Positions 49,647-59,848 of a stretch of 64,000 nt of DNA are shown piece after piece. Below the pieces are notes generated by a model. That model made no database searches and was not told where the DNA came from. It was given only the letters and a program-made list of their open reading frames with translations. The stretch is from the NCBI GenBank assembly GCA_963812135.1, contig CAWETU010000001.1, positions 640,001 to 704,000 on the forward strand, written 5' to 3'. This stretch comes from Vulcanimicrobiota bacterium (GTDB lineage Bacteria > Vulcanimicrobiota > Vulcanimicrobiia > Eremiobacterales > Eremiobacteraceae). Numbering within the stretch: position 1 is the stretch's first letter; the number at the start of each line of letters is the position of its first letter. The position numbers were made by a program, and so were the translations under genes.

Positions 49647-50291
49647 TTGCGGGCGGGCGATCGCATCAGCGTCGTCTTGATGGCCGGAGGTCCGGCCACG
49701 CGCCTGCCCGGTAAGCTCGCGCTCGACGTCCGAGGCGAACCGATGCTCGTGCATGCGTTTCGGCGGCTCACCGCGCTCGGCTGGCCGTGCGTGGTCTCCG
49801 TGCGCGCGCCGCTCGCGCCGCAGACCGAGTCGGCGCTGACGGGCGCGATCGTCGTCTTCGATGAGATATCGGACGGCGGTCCGCTCGGCGGCATCTTGAG
49901 CGCAGCGCGGTCGGTGCAGACCGAGCTGTTCTTCGCCGCGGCCGGCGATCTGCCGAATCTTTCGGCGGTCTTCGCGCTGCGCTTGCTCGAAGCGTATGAT
50001 GCGGCGCCGCGCCCACCGGCCGCGGTGATGCCGACGTGGCTCGACGGACACGTCGAACCGTTAGCCGCGCTGTACGAGCGCGACGCATTCGTGCGCGGCG
50101 CGCAAGCCGCGCTGGCGCAGGGCAAACGCAAAGTCACGGCGGCGCTCGAGGGACTCGACGTGCTCGCGTATCGGCTTACTCCAGAAGATGAATCCGCGTT
50201 GCTCAACGTCAACACACCGGAAGATTACGAAGCGCTCGGTCGTATGAATTCCGGTCGAATAAATTCGACCGCTACAGACGAGGCGTTATGA
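49647..50291 (+). CDS. mobA: Molybdenum cofactor guanylyltransferase MobA-like
   Basis: MAGG...R.PGK, GPLGG, D.P, EPL.A.Y, NVNTPED. Confidence 0.85.
   Translation: MRAGDRISVVLMAGGPATRLPGKLALDVRGEPMLVHAFRRLTALGWPCVVSVRAPLAPQTESALTGAIVVFDEISDGGPLGGILSAARSVQTELFFAAAGDLPNLSAVFALRLLEAYDAAPRPPAAVMPTWLDGHVEPLAALYERDAFVRGAQAALAQGKRKVTAALEGLDVLAYRLTPEDESALLNVNTPEDYEALGRMNSGRINSTATDEAL
50251..50276 (-). repeat. GTAG-type REP-like palindrome, copy 2 (within the 3' end of mobA)
   Basis: Minus strand TGTAGCGGTCGAATTTATTCGACCGG. Confidence 0.75.
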
Positions 50292-51574
50292 ACCTCAAGC
50301 GTTCGCAGGCGCTCTACGAAGCGGCGTCGCGGGTCATCCCTGGCGGCGTCAACTCACCGGTGCGCGCGTTCCGCGCGGTCGGCGGCACACCGCTGTTCGT
50401 TGCGCGCGGCGAAGGCTCGCGCATCTTCGATGCGGATGGCCACGAGTTCATCGACTACGTCGGCTCGTGGGGGCCGCTCATCTTCGGTCACGCGTTCCCG
50501 CCGGTCATCGCCGCGATCGAGCGTGCCGCGCGTATGGGCACATCGTTCGGCGCCTCGACCGCTTCGGAGGTCGAACTCGCGGAGCTGATCGTCGAGGCCG
50601 TGCCGTCCATCGAGCAGGTCCGTTTCGTCAACTCCGGCACCGAAGCGTGCATGAGCGCGCTGCGGCTCGCGCGCGCGTTCACGCGGCGCGACAAGATCAT
50701 CAAGTGCGCGGGGAACTACCACGGCCACGCCGACTCGCTGCTCGTCTCGGCCGGATCCGGCGCGCTCACCCTTGGCGTGCCCGACTCGCCCGGCGTGCCG
50801 GCGGCGACGGCCGCGGACACGATCGTCGTTCCGTACAACCACCCGACCGCGCTCGAAAAAGCATTCGATCAACATGAGGACATCGCGGCGCTGATCGTCG
50901 AGCCGGTGGCGGGCAACATGGGCGTCGTCGCGCCGCTTCCCGGATTTCTCGGCGCAGCGCGAGATCTGACGGCGCGCAATGGTGCGCTGCTCATCTTCGA
51001 TGAGGTCATGACCGGCTTCCGCGTCGGTTACGGCGGCGCACAGGCGCGCTTTGACATCCAGCCAGATCTCACGTGCCTCGGCAAAGTGATCGGCGGCGGC
51101 TTGCCGGTCGGCGCCTTCGGCGGCCGAGCGGAGATCATGCAGCATCTCGCGCCCGCCGGCGACGTGTATCAAGCCGGAACGCTCTCCGGCAATCCCCTCG
51201 CCATGTCGGCCGGCATCGCGCAGCTGCGCGCGCTCAAAGGCAGCGACGTGTACGACCGGCTTGAGAGCAGCGGCGCCGCGTTGGAAGCCGGGCTGTCGCG
51301 CACGCTGGCGGACACCGGCGCGGCGGCGCGCATCGCGCGCGTCGGCTCGATGTGGACGTTGTTCTTCACGCGCGATCCGGTCGTCGATCTGGACAGCGCG
51401 AAGCTCGCCGATACCGCGGCGTACGCGCGTTTCTTCCACGCGATGCTCGAGCGCGGAATCTACTTGCCGCCGTCGCAGTTCGAGGCCGCGTTCATCAGTC
51501 TCGCGCACAGCAAGGCCGACATCGAACAGACCATTACTGCGGCGCGTGAATCGCTCGATGCCGCCGCGGCCTAA
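50288..51574 (+). CDS. hemL: Glutamate-1-semialdehyde 2,1-aminomutase
   Basis: PGGVNSPVRAF, NSGTEA, FDEVMTGFR, GKVIGGGLP, QAGTLSGNP. Confidence 0.97.
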   Translation: MNLKRSQALYEAASRVIPGGVNSPVRAFRAVGGTPLFVARGEGSRIFDADGHEFIDYVGSWGPLIFGHAFPPVIAAIERAARMGTSFGASTASEVELAELIVEAVPSIEQVRFVNSGTEACMSALRLARAFTRRDKIIKCAGNYHGHADSLLVSAGSGALTLGVPDSPGVPAATAADTIVVPYNHPTALEKAFDQHEDIAALIVEPVAGNMGVVAPLPGFLGAARDLTARNGALLIFDEVMTGFRVGYGGAQARFDIQPDLTCLGKVIGGGLPVGAFGGRAEIMQHLAPAGDVYQAGTLSGNPLAMSAGIAQLRALKGSDVYDRLESSGAALEAGLSRTLADTGAAARIARVGSMWTLFFTRDPVVDLDSAKLADTAAYARFFHAMLERGIYLPPSQFEAAFISLAHSKADIEQTITAARESLDAAAA

Positions 51575-52196
51575 ACCGAAGAACTCCCAAGCGCTGAGCT
51601 TGCCGCGTCTATTCCTCTATCACCGCGCGCTCGAAGACGCACTGCGCGAGGGCACGTCAGTCGTCACGTCCGACGAAATGGCGGTGCGGGTCGGACGTGG
51701 CATCTCGTCCGCGCAGATCCGCAAAGACCTCTCCTATCTCGGCACGTTCGGCCGCCGCGGCCAAGGCTACGATGTCGTGATGCTTGTCAAGAAGCTCGCG
51801 CGCGTGCTCGGGCTCGACCGCGACTGGCGCATCGTCATCGTCGGCTTCGGCTATCTCGGCCACGCGCTGGCTACGTTCATGGAATATCGCGAAGAGAAGT
51901 TCCACATCGCGGCGATTTTCGACGTCGATAAAGAGCTCGTCGGCACGCGCTGGCACGGCGTGCGCATCAGCCACGTCAACGATCTCGAAAAAGTGCTGCC
52001 CGTGCTCGACTGCGGCATCGGCATCCTGACCGTGCCCGCGCCGGCGGCGCAAACGGTCGCGGAGCGGCTCGTCAAGTGCGGTCTCGGCGCGATCCTCAAT
52101 TTCGCGCCGGCCACGCTGCGTCTGCCGCAGCGCGTCGCGGTACGGTCGATCGATCTCGCATCGGAGCTGTCGATCCTCACGCACCATCTTTCCTGA
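51558..52196 (+). CDS. rex: Redox-sensing repressor Rex
   Basis: RL.LY.R.L, QIRKDLSY.G.FG.RG.GY, ILNFAP. Confidence 0.93.
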   Translation: MPPRPKPKNSQALSLPRLFLYHRALEDALREGTSVVTSDEMAVRVGRGISSAQIRKDLSYLGTFGRRGQGYDVVMLVKKLARVLGLDRDWRIVIVGFGYLGHALATFMEYREEKFHIAAIFDVDKELVGTRWHGVRISHVNDLEKVLPVLDCGIGILTVPAPAAQTVAERLVKCGLGAILNFAPATLRLPQRVAVRSIDLASELSILTHHLS

Positions 52197-52209
52197 AAGA
52201 GATATAGGC

Positions 52210-52821
52210 ATGCTACTTGCCGGATTCAAGGTGGCTGCGTTCGCAATACTCTTGGCAACCTCGGTGCCTACCGCTAGTCCGTGGCCAACTGCCGCGCCCT
52301 TTGGGGAACCCCTTACCCTCAGACAGCAAAGATGGAAAGTTGGTCCGTTGGAACTCGAAGGCGGTCCGTTTCCAGTCGGCCATGGCGACACTGTCAACTC
52401 TGTGGTAGCAAAATTTGGTCCTGGCACCCGCGCGAAGCGCTGTTTCGGAGCGACAACGAACGACCATAAACAGGAGAACGCGTGCGGCCAATTGCTAAAG
52501 TATCGAGACCGGCACAACAATCTTCTAGTTTTGGAGTTTTGGGGAGGCAGACTTCTCGGTCTCGGCATCAAAAGGAATGGCGGCACCTCGGCTATCGTCC
52601 AATTCAATCGTATCGTTCAGGGCTTAGATCAATGGAAGTGGGATGGCGTAACAATTCTCGACCCCCATCCTCCTGAGCGACTAGAAGGCTGTGGTCTCGC
52701 CGATCCCAACCCAAAAGGCAATGGATGGGGATGCGCGGGCGAGCCCAATCCGCGCGGACTGTATGTTGGGTACAGTAACCCGGACGGAATCGTAACAGAG
52801 TGGTCGATAGGCCAAGAATGA
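52210..52821 (+). CDS. Secreted hypothetical protein with atypical (AT-richer) composition
   Basis: Signal peptide, 4 Cys, many A/T-ending codons. Confidence 0.55.
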   Translation: MLLAGFKVAAFAILLATSVPTASPWPTAAPFGEPLTLRQQRWKVGPLELEGGPFPVGHGDTVNSVVAKFGPGTRAKRCFGATTNDHKQENACGQLLKYRDRHNNLLVLEFWGGRLLGLGIKRNGGTSAIVQFNRIVQGLDQWKWDGVTILDPHPPERLEGCGLADPNPKGNGWGCAGEPNPRGLYVGYSNPDGIVTEWSIGQE

Positions 52822-52920
52822 CATTCGCGAGCGCGTCGAGCGTCTTCCGGCGAGACATTCACAACTAATTCACGCCGCGAGCGCAAGGGAAGGGTTCGCC
52901 ATTCCGTAAACCGGAAACCC

Positions 52921-54249
52921 GTGCCGATTGTTGTCATTGGCCTAAGCCACAAGACCGCACCCGACGACGTGCGCAATCGTCACGCATTTCCCGCCGAGCG
53001 CATCGGACAAGCGCTCGGCGCATTGCGTGACTACAGCGCCGTGCGCGAAGCGGCCATCGTCTCCACGTGCAACCGCCTCGAGATATATGCCGACGTCACC
53101 GATTTCGAGGCCGGCGTCGACCACATCAAAGATTTTCTCACCACCTACCGGAGCATGCGGGTCGACGATTTCGACAAATACCTGTATACGATGCTCGGCG
53201 CGCAGGCGGTGGAGCAATTGCTGCGCGTGGCGTGCGGACTCGACTCGATGCTTGTCGGCGAAGAACAGATCGTCGGGCAAGTCAAAGAAGCCCTCACGGC
53301 CGCGCAACGCGCCGGCGCTGCCGGACCGCATCTGCACAAACTGTTCCGCACCGCGCTCTCCGCCGGCAAGCGGGCGCGCAACGAGACAGGCATTGGACGC
53401 GACGTCGTGTCGCTCGGCGCCGCGGCCGTCGAGTTGGCGGCGCGCCATTGCACGATCGCGACGTCGCGCGCGGTGGTCGTGGGCGCGGGTAAGATGGGCA
53501 CCATCGTCGCGAAGCACTTGCGCGCCCGCGGCGTGGCTTCGCTGACCATCGTCAATCGCACCGCGGCTCGCGCCGAACGTTTGGCCCGGGCGCTGGCAGC
53601 CGACTCGGCGCCCGCAAACGATTTGCCGGCGCTTCTCGCGCACGCCGATCTCGTCATCAGCGCCACCGGCCGCGGCACGCCGATCATCGACGCGCCGATG
53701 GTGCGGGGCGCACTCGCCGCCGGCCGCGGCGCGCTGCTGATCGTCGACATCGCCGTGCCGCGCGACGTCGAACCAAATGTCGCTGCGCTGCCGGGCGTGA
53801 CGCTCTACGAGATCGGCGATTTGCGCAACGTCGTCGACGAGACGCTTGACGAGCGCCGCAGCGAGATACCAGCGGTCGAGGCGATCGTGAACGAGCTCGC
53901 GCAGGACTACATGCGCTGGTACCAGTCGCGCGCCGCCGCCCCGCTCATCGCCGCGTTGCGTGGCAAAGCGGAGACGATCCGCCGCGCCGAGATCGAGCGT
54001 TTGTTCTCGCGCTTGCCCGAGCTTGACGAGCGGCAACGCGAGCTGATCGCCGGCGCGAGCGTCTCGATTCTCAACCGGTTGCTGCATGCGCCGGTCACCA
54101 AACTGCGCGAACGCGCCGCGGACGGAACGGATGTCTCCGATTCGGAGTTCGCCGCGCGTCTCGCCGATCTCGCCAGTTTCAGCGAGCAGCTCGAGACCCA
54201 GCTCGCGGCCGCGCTGACGCCTCCCAGGCCGCGTTCCGCCGGCCGCTAG
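52921..54249 (+). CDS. hemA: Glutamyl-tRNA reductase
   Basis: GLSHKTAP, STCNR.E, GLDSM.VGE.QI, GAGKM, DIAVPRD. Confidence 0.96.
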   Translation: MPIVVIGLSHKTAPDDVRNRHAFPAERIGQALGALRDYSAVREAAIVSTCNRLEIYADVTDFEAGVDHIKDFLTTYRSMRVDDFDKYLYTMLGAQAVEQLLRVACGLDSMLVGEEQIVGQVKEALTAAQRAGAAGPHLHKLFRTALSAGKRARNETGIGRDVVSLGAAAVELAARHCTIATSRAVVVGAGKMGTIVAKHLRARGVASLTIVNRTAARAERLARALAADSAPANDLPALLAHADLVISATGRGTPIIDAPMVRGALAAGRGALLIVDIAVPRDVEPNVAALPGVTLYEIGDLRNVVDETLDERRSEIPAVEAIVNELAQDYMRWYQSRAAAPLIAALRGKAETIRRAEIERLFSRLPELDERQRELIAGASVSILNRLLHAPVTKLRERAADGTDVSDSEFAARLADLASFSEQLETQLAAALTPPRPRSAGR

Positions 54250-54259
54250 GCCGCGCGCG

Positions 54260-55003
54260 ATGAACGGCCCACTCTCGGGCACGCGCGTGCTGCTCACACG
54301 CCCTGCGCGTTCCGAAGACGCGCTCGAGAAGCTTTTGCGCGCCGCCGGCGCGAGCGTGTCGTCCATGCCGCTGATCGAGCTGGCACCCGCGCCGGACGCC
54401 GGCGCGTTGCGCGCCGCCGCAGAAACGGCGGACAGCGCGGATTGGATCGTCTTCACCAGCGCGGCAGGCGTGGAGGCGTTCGCACGCAACCGGCGCTCGC
54501 GTCTGGGCGAACGCACGCGCATCGCGGCCATCGGGCCGGCAACGGCGCGCGCGATTGCGCGGTTGCTCGAACGCGACGCTGATCTTGTGCCCGCGCAGTT
54601 CGTGGCCGAAGAGCTCGCCGACGCGATCGCGGCGCGCGCCACGCGAGCGCGCATCACGATTTTCGCGGCACAGGACGCGCGGCCGGTCCTCGCGCAGCGC
54701 CTGCGCGCCGCTGGTCATTCGGTCGAGGCGATTGCTGCGTACGCGACCCACGCTGTCACGCCCACGGACTTCACCCAGCAGATCGCCGCTGCGGACGTCA
54801 TCGTCCTCACCTCGGGCAGCGCGGCGCGGTCGCTCCACGACGGCTTGCGACGCGGCCCGGGGCTCGGCGCGTTGCGCGGCAAGCGGGTGGTATGCATCGG
54901 AGCGGTGACGGCGGCGGAAGCGCGCCGCTTGGAGATCGAGGTCGCAGCGGTCGCGCGCGAGGCGACACCGCTCGGATTGCTCGAGGTTCTGGCCGGCTCG
55001 TAA
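54260..55003 (+). CDS. hemD: Uroporphyrinogen-III synthase
   Basis: LTRP, FTS..GV, AIGPATA, AY.T, TSGS, CIG.VTA. Confidence 0.92.
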   Translation: MNGPLSGTRVLLTRPARSEDALEKLLRAAGASVSSMPLIELAPAPDAGALRAAAETADSADWIVFTSAAGVEAFARNRRSRLGERTRIAAIGPATARAIARLLERDADLVPAQFVAEELADAIAARATRARITIFAAQDARPVLAQRLRAAGHSVEAIAAYATHAVTPTDFTQQIAAADVIVLTSGSAARSLHDGLRRGPGLGALRGKRVVCIGAVTAAEARRLEIEVAAVAREATPLGLLEVLAGS

Positions 55004-55134
55004 GATCCGACAAGCACCGAACCGAACATACGTGCGCATCGATCTGCACGCCGGCGGCAGTCGAACGCCCGTCGATAGCCAATACGTTCGACCTCATCTC
55101 GGTCTCTCGTTCGTCCGTTCGAGGAGCCTCCATC

Positions 55135-55992
55135 ATGGCTGTTGACGTCCGACCCATCACCGCTGCACCCAACGCGATGGATGAGCTCATCCGCGCGGTC
55201 GGCGAGCGCCGCGAGCGCCCGACGCCGTGGGTCGACGTCGCGACGTATCCGTGGGCCGAAGAAGATTTCTCGTCGCGCTACGTGCGCCGAGCGAATTACC
55301 AATCGCTATACGGCATGCAAGAGACCGGCGACGAAGTCGAAGAGCTGATCGGGTTGCTCAAGCCCGCGACCAAAGCGCGCCTGCTCGATCTGTGCGCCGG
55401 CAACGGGCGGCACGCGATCGCGATGGCGCTGCGCGGCTACAAGATGACCGGCATCGACCTCGGCTCGGGCGCGGTGACGCTCGCGCGCGACACCGCGCGT
55501 AATCTCGGGCTCGGCATCGACTTCCGCCAACTCGACGTGCTGCATGTCTCGTTCGAAGAGACGTTCGACGGCGCGTATCTCACCTGCGCCGGCATCTCCG
55601 ATTTCAGCCCATCCGATGCGCGCACCATCTTGCAGCTGGTCGAGCGCGCGCTGGTGCCGGGCGGCACGTTCGTCGGTGAGTATTGCGACGCGAGCGCCGA
55701 ACGGCGCGCCGAGTCACGCGCCTGGCAGTTCGTCCAGGCCGAATCGTCGCTGTTCTTGGACGTTCCCCATCTGCAGCTCGACGAGCGCTTCTATGATCCC
55801 GCGACGTCGGCAGAAGTCGAGCGGGCGTACATCGCGCCGACCGATGGTCGCACGCGCGAGTTCACCCGCTGCCGCCAGTACTACACGGAAGCCGGGATCC
55901 GCGATCTGCTCGAATCGGCGCGCTTCGAAGTCACGGCGATCGCGCCGGGCAGCGCTCCCGGGTTGCGCAAGGTGGTCGCGAAAAAGCCTTAG
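55135..55992 (+). CDS. Class I SAM-dependent methyltransferase
   Basis: LLDLCAGNGRH, GID, L.PGG.F; GAGGAG RBS. Confidence 0.85.
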   Translation: MAVDVRPITAAPNAMDELIRAVGERRERPTPWVDVATYPWAEEDFSSRYVRRANYQSLYGMQETGDEVEELIGLLKPATKARLLDLCAGNGRHAIAMALRGYKMTGIDLGSGAVTLARDTARNLGLGIDFRQLDVLHVSFEETFDGAYLTCAGISDFSPSDARTILQLVERALVPGGTFVGEYCDASAERRAESRAWQFVQAESSLFLDVPHLQLDERFYDPATSAEVERAYIAPTDGRTREFTRCRQYYTEAGIRDLLESARFEVTAIAPGSAPGLRKVVAKKP

Positions 55993-57176
55993 CGCGTCAC
56001 GAGCGGGTTGGGATACGACGAGCCGATGTACTTGAATTGGCCCGCCGGTTTCGCATACCCGTACTGATAGAAGTAGACGATCGGGTTCGCGACGTCGCCT
56101 CCGCGTATGAAGCTATAGTTCCCTAAGATCGTCGGAAACGTGCCGACTTGCAGCTGCCGGATGAGCGTCTGCTTGTCCGTGCTGCGGCTTTGCTCTGCAG
56201 CCGCGATCGCGATCTGCCCAGCGACGTAGCCCATCAGCGCGAACGACGTCACCTGTCCGTAGCGCGTGTGGTAGTCGCGCATGAAGATGTTGGCCGTCGG
56301 CATCAGCTCGGCCGGCGGCACGCACGAGCTGACGAACATCGAGTCGGCCGAGGCGCCGGCCGTTTTGATGGCGCTGAGATCGTAGAACGCTTGTGTCCCC
56401 ATGGCTTGTACAGTGACGCCGGCCGCGCGCAGCGCGCTCAGCACGTTGCCCATCGCCGCGCCGTCGCCCGAAAGATAGACGAGGTCAGGCGCGTAGGCGA
56501 CTACTGCGGCGACCACCGCCTTGACGTTCTTCAGCTCAGGATCGACCGCGAAGTCCTTGGCGGCGAGCGCTTTGCCGGAGGACGCATAGTCGACGAACCC
56601 GCCACCCGCGTCCGCGCCGTAGGTCGTCTGCTCATACACCACCGCGGCTTTCTTGGCGTGCAGCGTCCGTTCTGCGTAGCGCGCCGATTGTTGCCCTTCG
56701 ACGACGTCGGTCGGACACAAGCGGAAGACGTTGTCGTAGCCGGCGCGCGTCAGCTGCGCGATCGGCGACGTCGGGATGATGAGCGGCGCGCCCTTTTCGT
56801 GATAGATCGGCTCCGACAAAAACGTCTCTTCGGCGCCGACGTGGCCGATCACCACGGACGTGAGTGGATCCACCAGCGCGAAGTCCGCCTGCTGCTGAGC
56901 GACGCCCGGGTCCGCCTGATCGTCGAACGAATGATAGACGAAGACGAAGTCGGCGAGATTGCGCCGCTCGTTCGCTTGATCGATCGCCAGGTTCAGGCCG
57001 TTGGCGAGCTGGATGCCGAGCAGTCTTTGATCGCCCGAGAACGGAGCGACGAGCGCCACGCCCATCGTTTTGGCGTACGGAGGAAAGTCGGCGAGCGCGG
57101 GTGCGCCTGCGAGCGCGATGCTCAAGAGCGAGGCGGCGCAAACGGCGAGCGGTCGAAGCGGAGCGCGTATCATCAA
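55989..57176 (-). CDS. Branched-chain amino acid ABC substrate-binding protein (LivJ-like)
   Basis: Signal; APFSG, DDQADP, VIGH, FRLCPTD, YG. Confidence 0.85.
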   Translation of the reverse strand: MMIRAPLRPLAVCAASLLSIALAGAPALADFPPYAKTMGVALVAPFSGDQRLLGIQLANGLNLAIDQANERRNLADFVFVYHSFDDQADPGVAQQQADFALVDPLTSVVIGHVGAEETFLSEPIYHEKGAPLIIPTSPIAQLTRAGYDNVFRLCPTDVVEGQQSARYAERTLHAKKAAVVYEQTTYGADAGGGFVDYASSGKALAAKDFAVDPELKNVKAVVAAVVAYAPDLVYLSGDGAAMGNVLSALRAAGVTVQAMGTQAFYDLSAIKTAGASADSMFVSSCVPPAELMPTANIFMRDYHTRYGQVTSFALMGYVAGQIAIAAAEQSRSTDKQTLIRQLQVGTFPTILGNYSFIRGGDVANPIVYFYQYGYAKPAGQFKYIGSSYPNPLVTR

Positions 57177-57187
57177 ATTCTTTCTGT

Positions 57188-58066
57188 TCAGGACGGACCG
57201 GGCGTCGATTGCGCGAGAAACAGCGAGGCGGCAGTCGTCGCCAAGAAGATGACCGAGAAGGTCATGTTGGCAGTGAAAACCGCCGCATTGAGGGCGAACA
57301 CGTCACCCCCGCGCCGGCGGATGAGCACCACTTCGTAGCCGACCAGCACGATTCCGGCGGCTAGCCCCATCCAGTACAGCGGATGCGCGTGGACGACCAG
57401 CCCGAGCCAAGCAAGCAGCACGAGCATGATGCCGTGGAGCACGATCGGCAGCGAGCGCCCCGTTTGCGTGCCGAAACGCGCCGGGATCGACCGGATGCCG
57501 TCGCGGATGTCGACCTCGTAGTCCATGAGCGCATACAGGATGTCGAAACCCGCGACCCACAGCGTGACCGCGACGAACAGGATCAACGACGGCCATTCGA
57601 AGCGGCCCGTGACCGCAAGCCATCCGCCCAGCGGCGCGAGCGCGTCCACCGCGCCCAACAAGAAATGGACGCCCCATGAAAAGCGCTTCACGAGCGGGTA
57701 GACGATCAGCGCGACCGCGCCGAGCGGAACGAGCGCGAGACACAGCGGGTTGAGTTGCCAGGCCGAAAGGGTCAGCAACGCGATGCCGGCGACGATCGCC
57801 CACAGCATGACGCTCGGGCGCAGCTCGCCGGTCGCGAGCGGGCGCGCGGCGGTGCGCGGATTGCGCGCGTCGATTCGAGCGTCGAGCAAGCGGTTCGCGG
57901 CCATCGCCGCCGTGCGCGCGCCAAGCACCGCGAGCGTGATCCACGCGAGTGTGCGCAGCGGCGGCACGCCGCCTTGCGCGAGCAGCGCGCCGGCATATGC
58001 GAACGGCAGCGCGAAGAGCGTGTGCTCCGGTTTGATGTCGCGCACGAAGGCGCGCAATGCGTTCAT
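57188..58066 (-). CDS. mqnP: UbiA-like prenyltransferase (MqnP-type)
   Basis: EHTLFALPFAY, ARTAAMA.NR..D..ID.RNPRT, GFDILYA. Confidence 0.85.
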   Translation of the reverse strand: MNALRAFVRDIKPEHTLFALPFAYAGALLAQGGVPPLRTLAWITLAVLGARTAAMAANRLLDARIDARNPRTAARPLATGELRPSVMLWAIVAGIALLTLSAWQLNPLCLALVPLGAVALIVYPLVKRFSWGVHFLLGAVDALAPLGGWLAVTGRFEWPSLILFVAVTLWVAGFDILYALMDYEVDIRDGIRSIPARFGTQTGRSLPIVLHGIMLVLLAWLGLVVHAHPLYWMGLAAGIVLVGYEVVLIRRRGGDVFALNAAVFTANMTFSVIFLATTAASLFLAQSTPGPS

Positions 58067-59532
58067 GGCTGGCCGTTCGGATCCGGCAGGCCGAATTCGG
58101 CCCAGCGTTTGGTGACCGCGGCCTTGACGTCATCCGACATCACGATGTCAGGCGGCCACTCGCGCATGTAGCCTTCCTCGGGTCCTTTGCGCGTGGCGTC
58201 GATGCCCAGCTTCGTGCCGAGCGACGGCAACGGCGCGGCGTGATCGAGCACGTCCACCGGACCCGGTGCGAAGACGAGGTCGCGGCCGGCATCGACGTTG
58301 TTCAACGTGACCCACGCGACGTCGCGCATGTTCTGCACGTCGACGTCCGCGTCGACCACGATGATGTTGCGCGTCAGCATCATCATATGGCCAAGACCCC
58401 AAAGCGCGTACATGACTTTCTTCGCCTGACCTGGATAGCGTTTGCGGATCGAGACGATGACCAGATTCTGAAAGCCGCCTTCGACCGGCAGATTGTAGTC
58501 GACGACCTCGGGCAGCATCTGCTTGAGGATCGGCAAGAAAAGCCGCTCGGTCGCCTTGCCGAGCCAGCCGTCCTCCATCGGCGGCTTGCCGACGATCGTC
58601 GTCCAATAGATCGGATCGCGCCGGCGCGTCATGGCGGTGACGTGGAAGACCGGGTAATCGTCCGCCAGCGAATACACGCCGGTATGATCGCCGAACGGTC
58701 CTTCGCGCCGCAGTTCGCGGTTGTCCACGTAGCCTTCGAGCACGAAATCCGCGTCGGCAGGCACGTTGAGGTCGACCGTCAGGCAACGCACCATGGGCAC
58801 TGCGCGGCCGCGCAAGAAACCGGCGAGCAGCATCTCGTCAAAGTCCGACGGCAAGGGGGCGGTGGCCGCGTAGGTGAGCGTCGGATCACCGCCGATGGCG
58901 ACGGCCACAGGCATGCGTCCGTCCGCGGCGCCGGCTTCTTGATGTTCGCGCCCGTGTTTGTGGCGCTGCCAGTGCATGCCGGTCGTACGCTCGTCGAAGA
59001 TCTGCATGCGATACATGCCAACATTTTGCGCGCCGGTCGCCGGGTTCTTCGTGAACACGAGCGGGAACGTTATATACGGGCCGCCATCCATCGGCCAACA
59101 TGTGAGCACCGGCAGCTCGCGTAGATCGACCTCGTCGCCTTTGCGCACCACGTCCTGAACGGGGCCGGAACGCACGACCTTCGGTCCGATGCCGAGCAGC
59201 TCACGCGCCTCGAGCAGCTTGGCGAACAGATTCGATCCGCCGCTAGGCCGGGCCAGCGAGATGAGCTTGTCCACCTTCGCGCCGAGATCGTCGAGCGACG
59301 TCACGCCGAGCGCCATGGCCATGCGGCGCGGCGAGGCCAGGGCGTTGATGAGCAGCGGGAACGGCGAGCCCTTGACGTCGGTGAACAGCAGCGCAGGGCC
59401 GCCGCCGGCGCTTTTCACACAGCGATCGGCGATCTCGGTGATTTCGAGATGCGGATCGACGGGGACCGCGATCTCGCGCAGCTCGCCGGACTCCCGCAGC
59501 GCGTCGACAAAGGATCGAAGATTATCGAACAC
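58063..59532 (-). CDS. UbiD family menaquinone biosynthesis decarboxylase (MqnL-type)
   Basis: EITEI, WPMDGG, NVGMYR, MHWQRHK, EGPFGDHTG, GKPPMED, KLGIDAT. Confidence 0.9.
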   Translation of the reverse strand: MFDNLRSFVDALRESGELREIAVPVDPHLEITEIADRCVKSAGGGPALLFTDVKGSPFPLLINALASPRRMAMALGVTSLDDLGAKVDKLISLARPSGGSNLFAKLLEARELLGIGPKVVRSGPVQDVVRKGDEVDLRELPVLTCWPMDGGPYITFPLVFTKNPATGAQNVGMYRMQIFDERTTGMHWQRHKHGREHQEAGAADGRMPVAVAIGGDPTLTYAATAPLPSDFDEMLLAGFLRGRAVPMVRCLTVDLNVPADADFVLEGYVDNRELRREGPFGDHTGVYSLADDYPVFHVTAMTRRRDPIYWTTIVGKPPMEDGWLGKATERLFLPILKQMLPEVVDYNLPVEGGFQNLVIVSIRKRYPGQAKKVMYALWGLGHMMMLTRNIIVVDADVDVQNMRDVAWVTLNNVDAGRDLVFAPGPVDVLDHAAPLPSLGTKLGIDATRKGPEEGYMREWPPDIVMSDDVKAAVTKRWAEFGLPDPNGQP

Positions 59533-59848
59533 CGTCGCGCTGTTTCTTATCGGGCGCTTTGAAAGCCCGCCACCGACCTCGTGACTGCACGCGGGCGCGG
59601 CGCGTTTGCGCACAACGCGAAACTTCGGCTGTGCCTGGAAGTAGATTCTGACGAACCCCAACGCGTCCAGTTTTACGACTAAGCCGTTGCAAGGATGAAG
59701 TGCAAGTTGTGGGCCGTTTTGCGGGACAGAAAGTATCTTTACGGTACCTGCTTGCAACTTACTGTAAACAGGGTTATTATTAGCTGGTAAACAGTACGGC
59801 AGCCAACTAACTACCCGGACGGCTGTTCTCCAAATAGGGCTTATAGAC

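Noticed and set aside
52850..52875. Possible Rex operator upstream of hemA
   Set aside because: Only TTCACAA/TTCAC half-sites in direct orientation; no TTGTGAA-N4-TTCACAA palindrome
55022..55092. CGAAC-ATAC-GTGC and a lone GTTCGA half-site upstream of the methyltransferase
   Set aside because: Too degenerate to call LexA boxes without a genome-derived matrix
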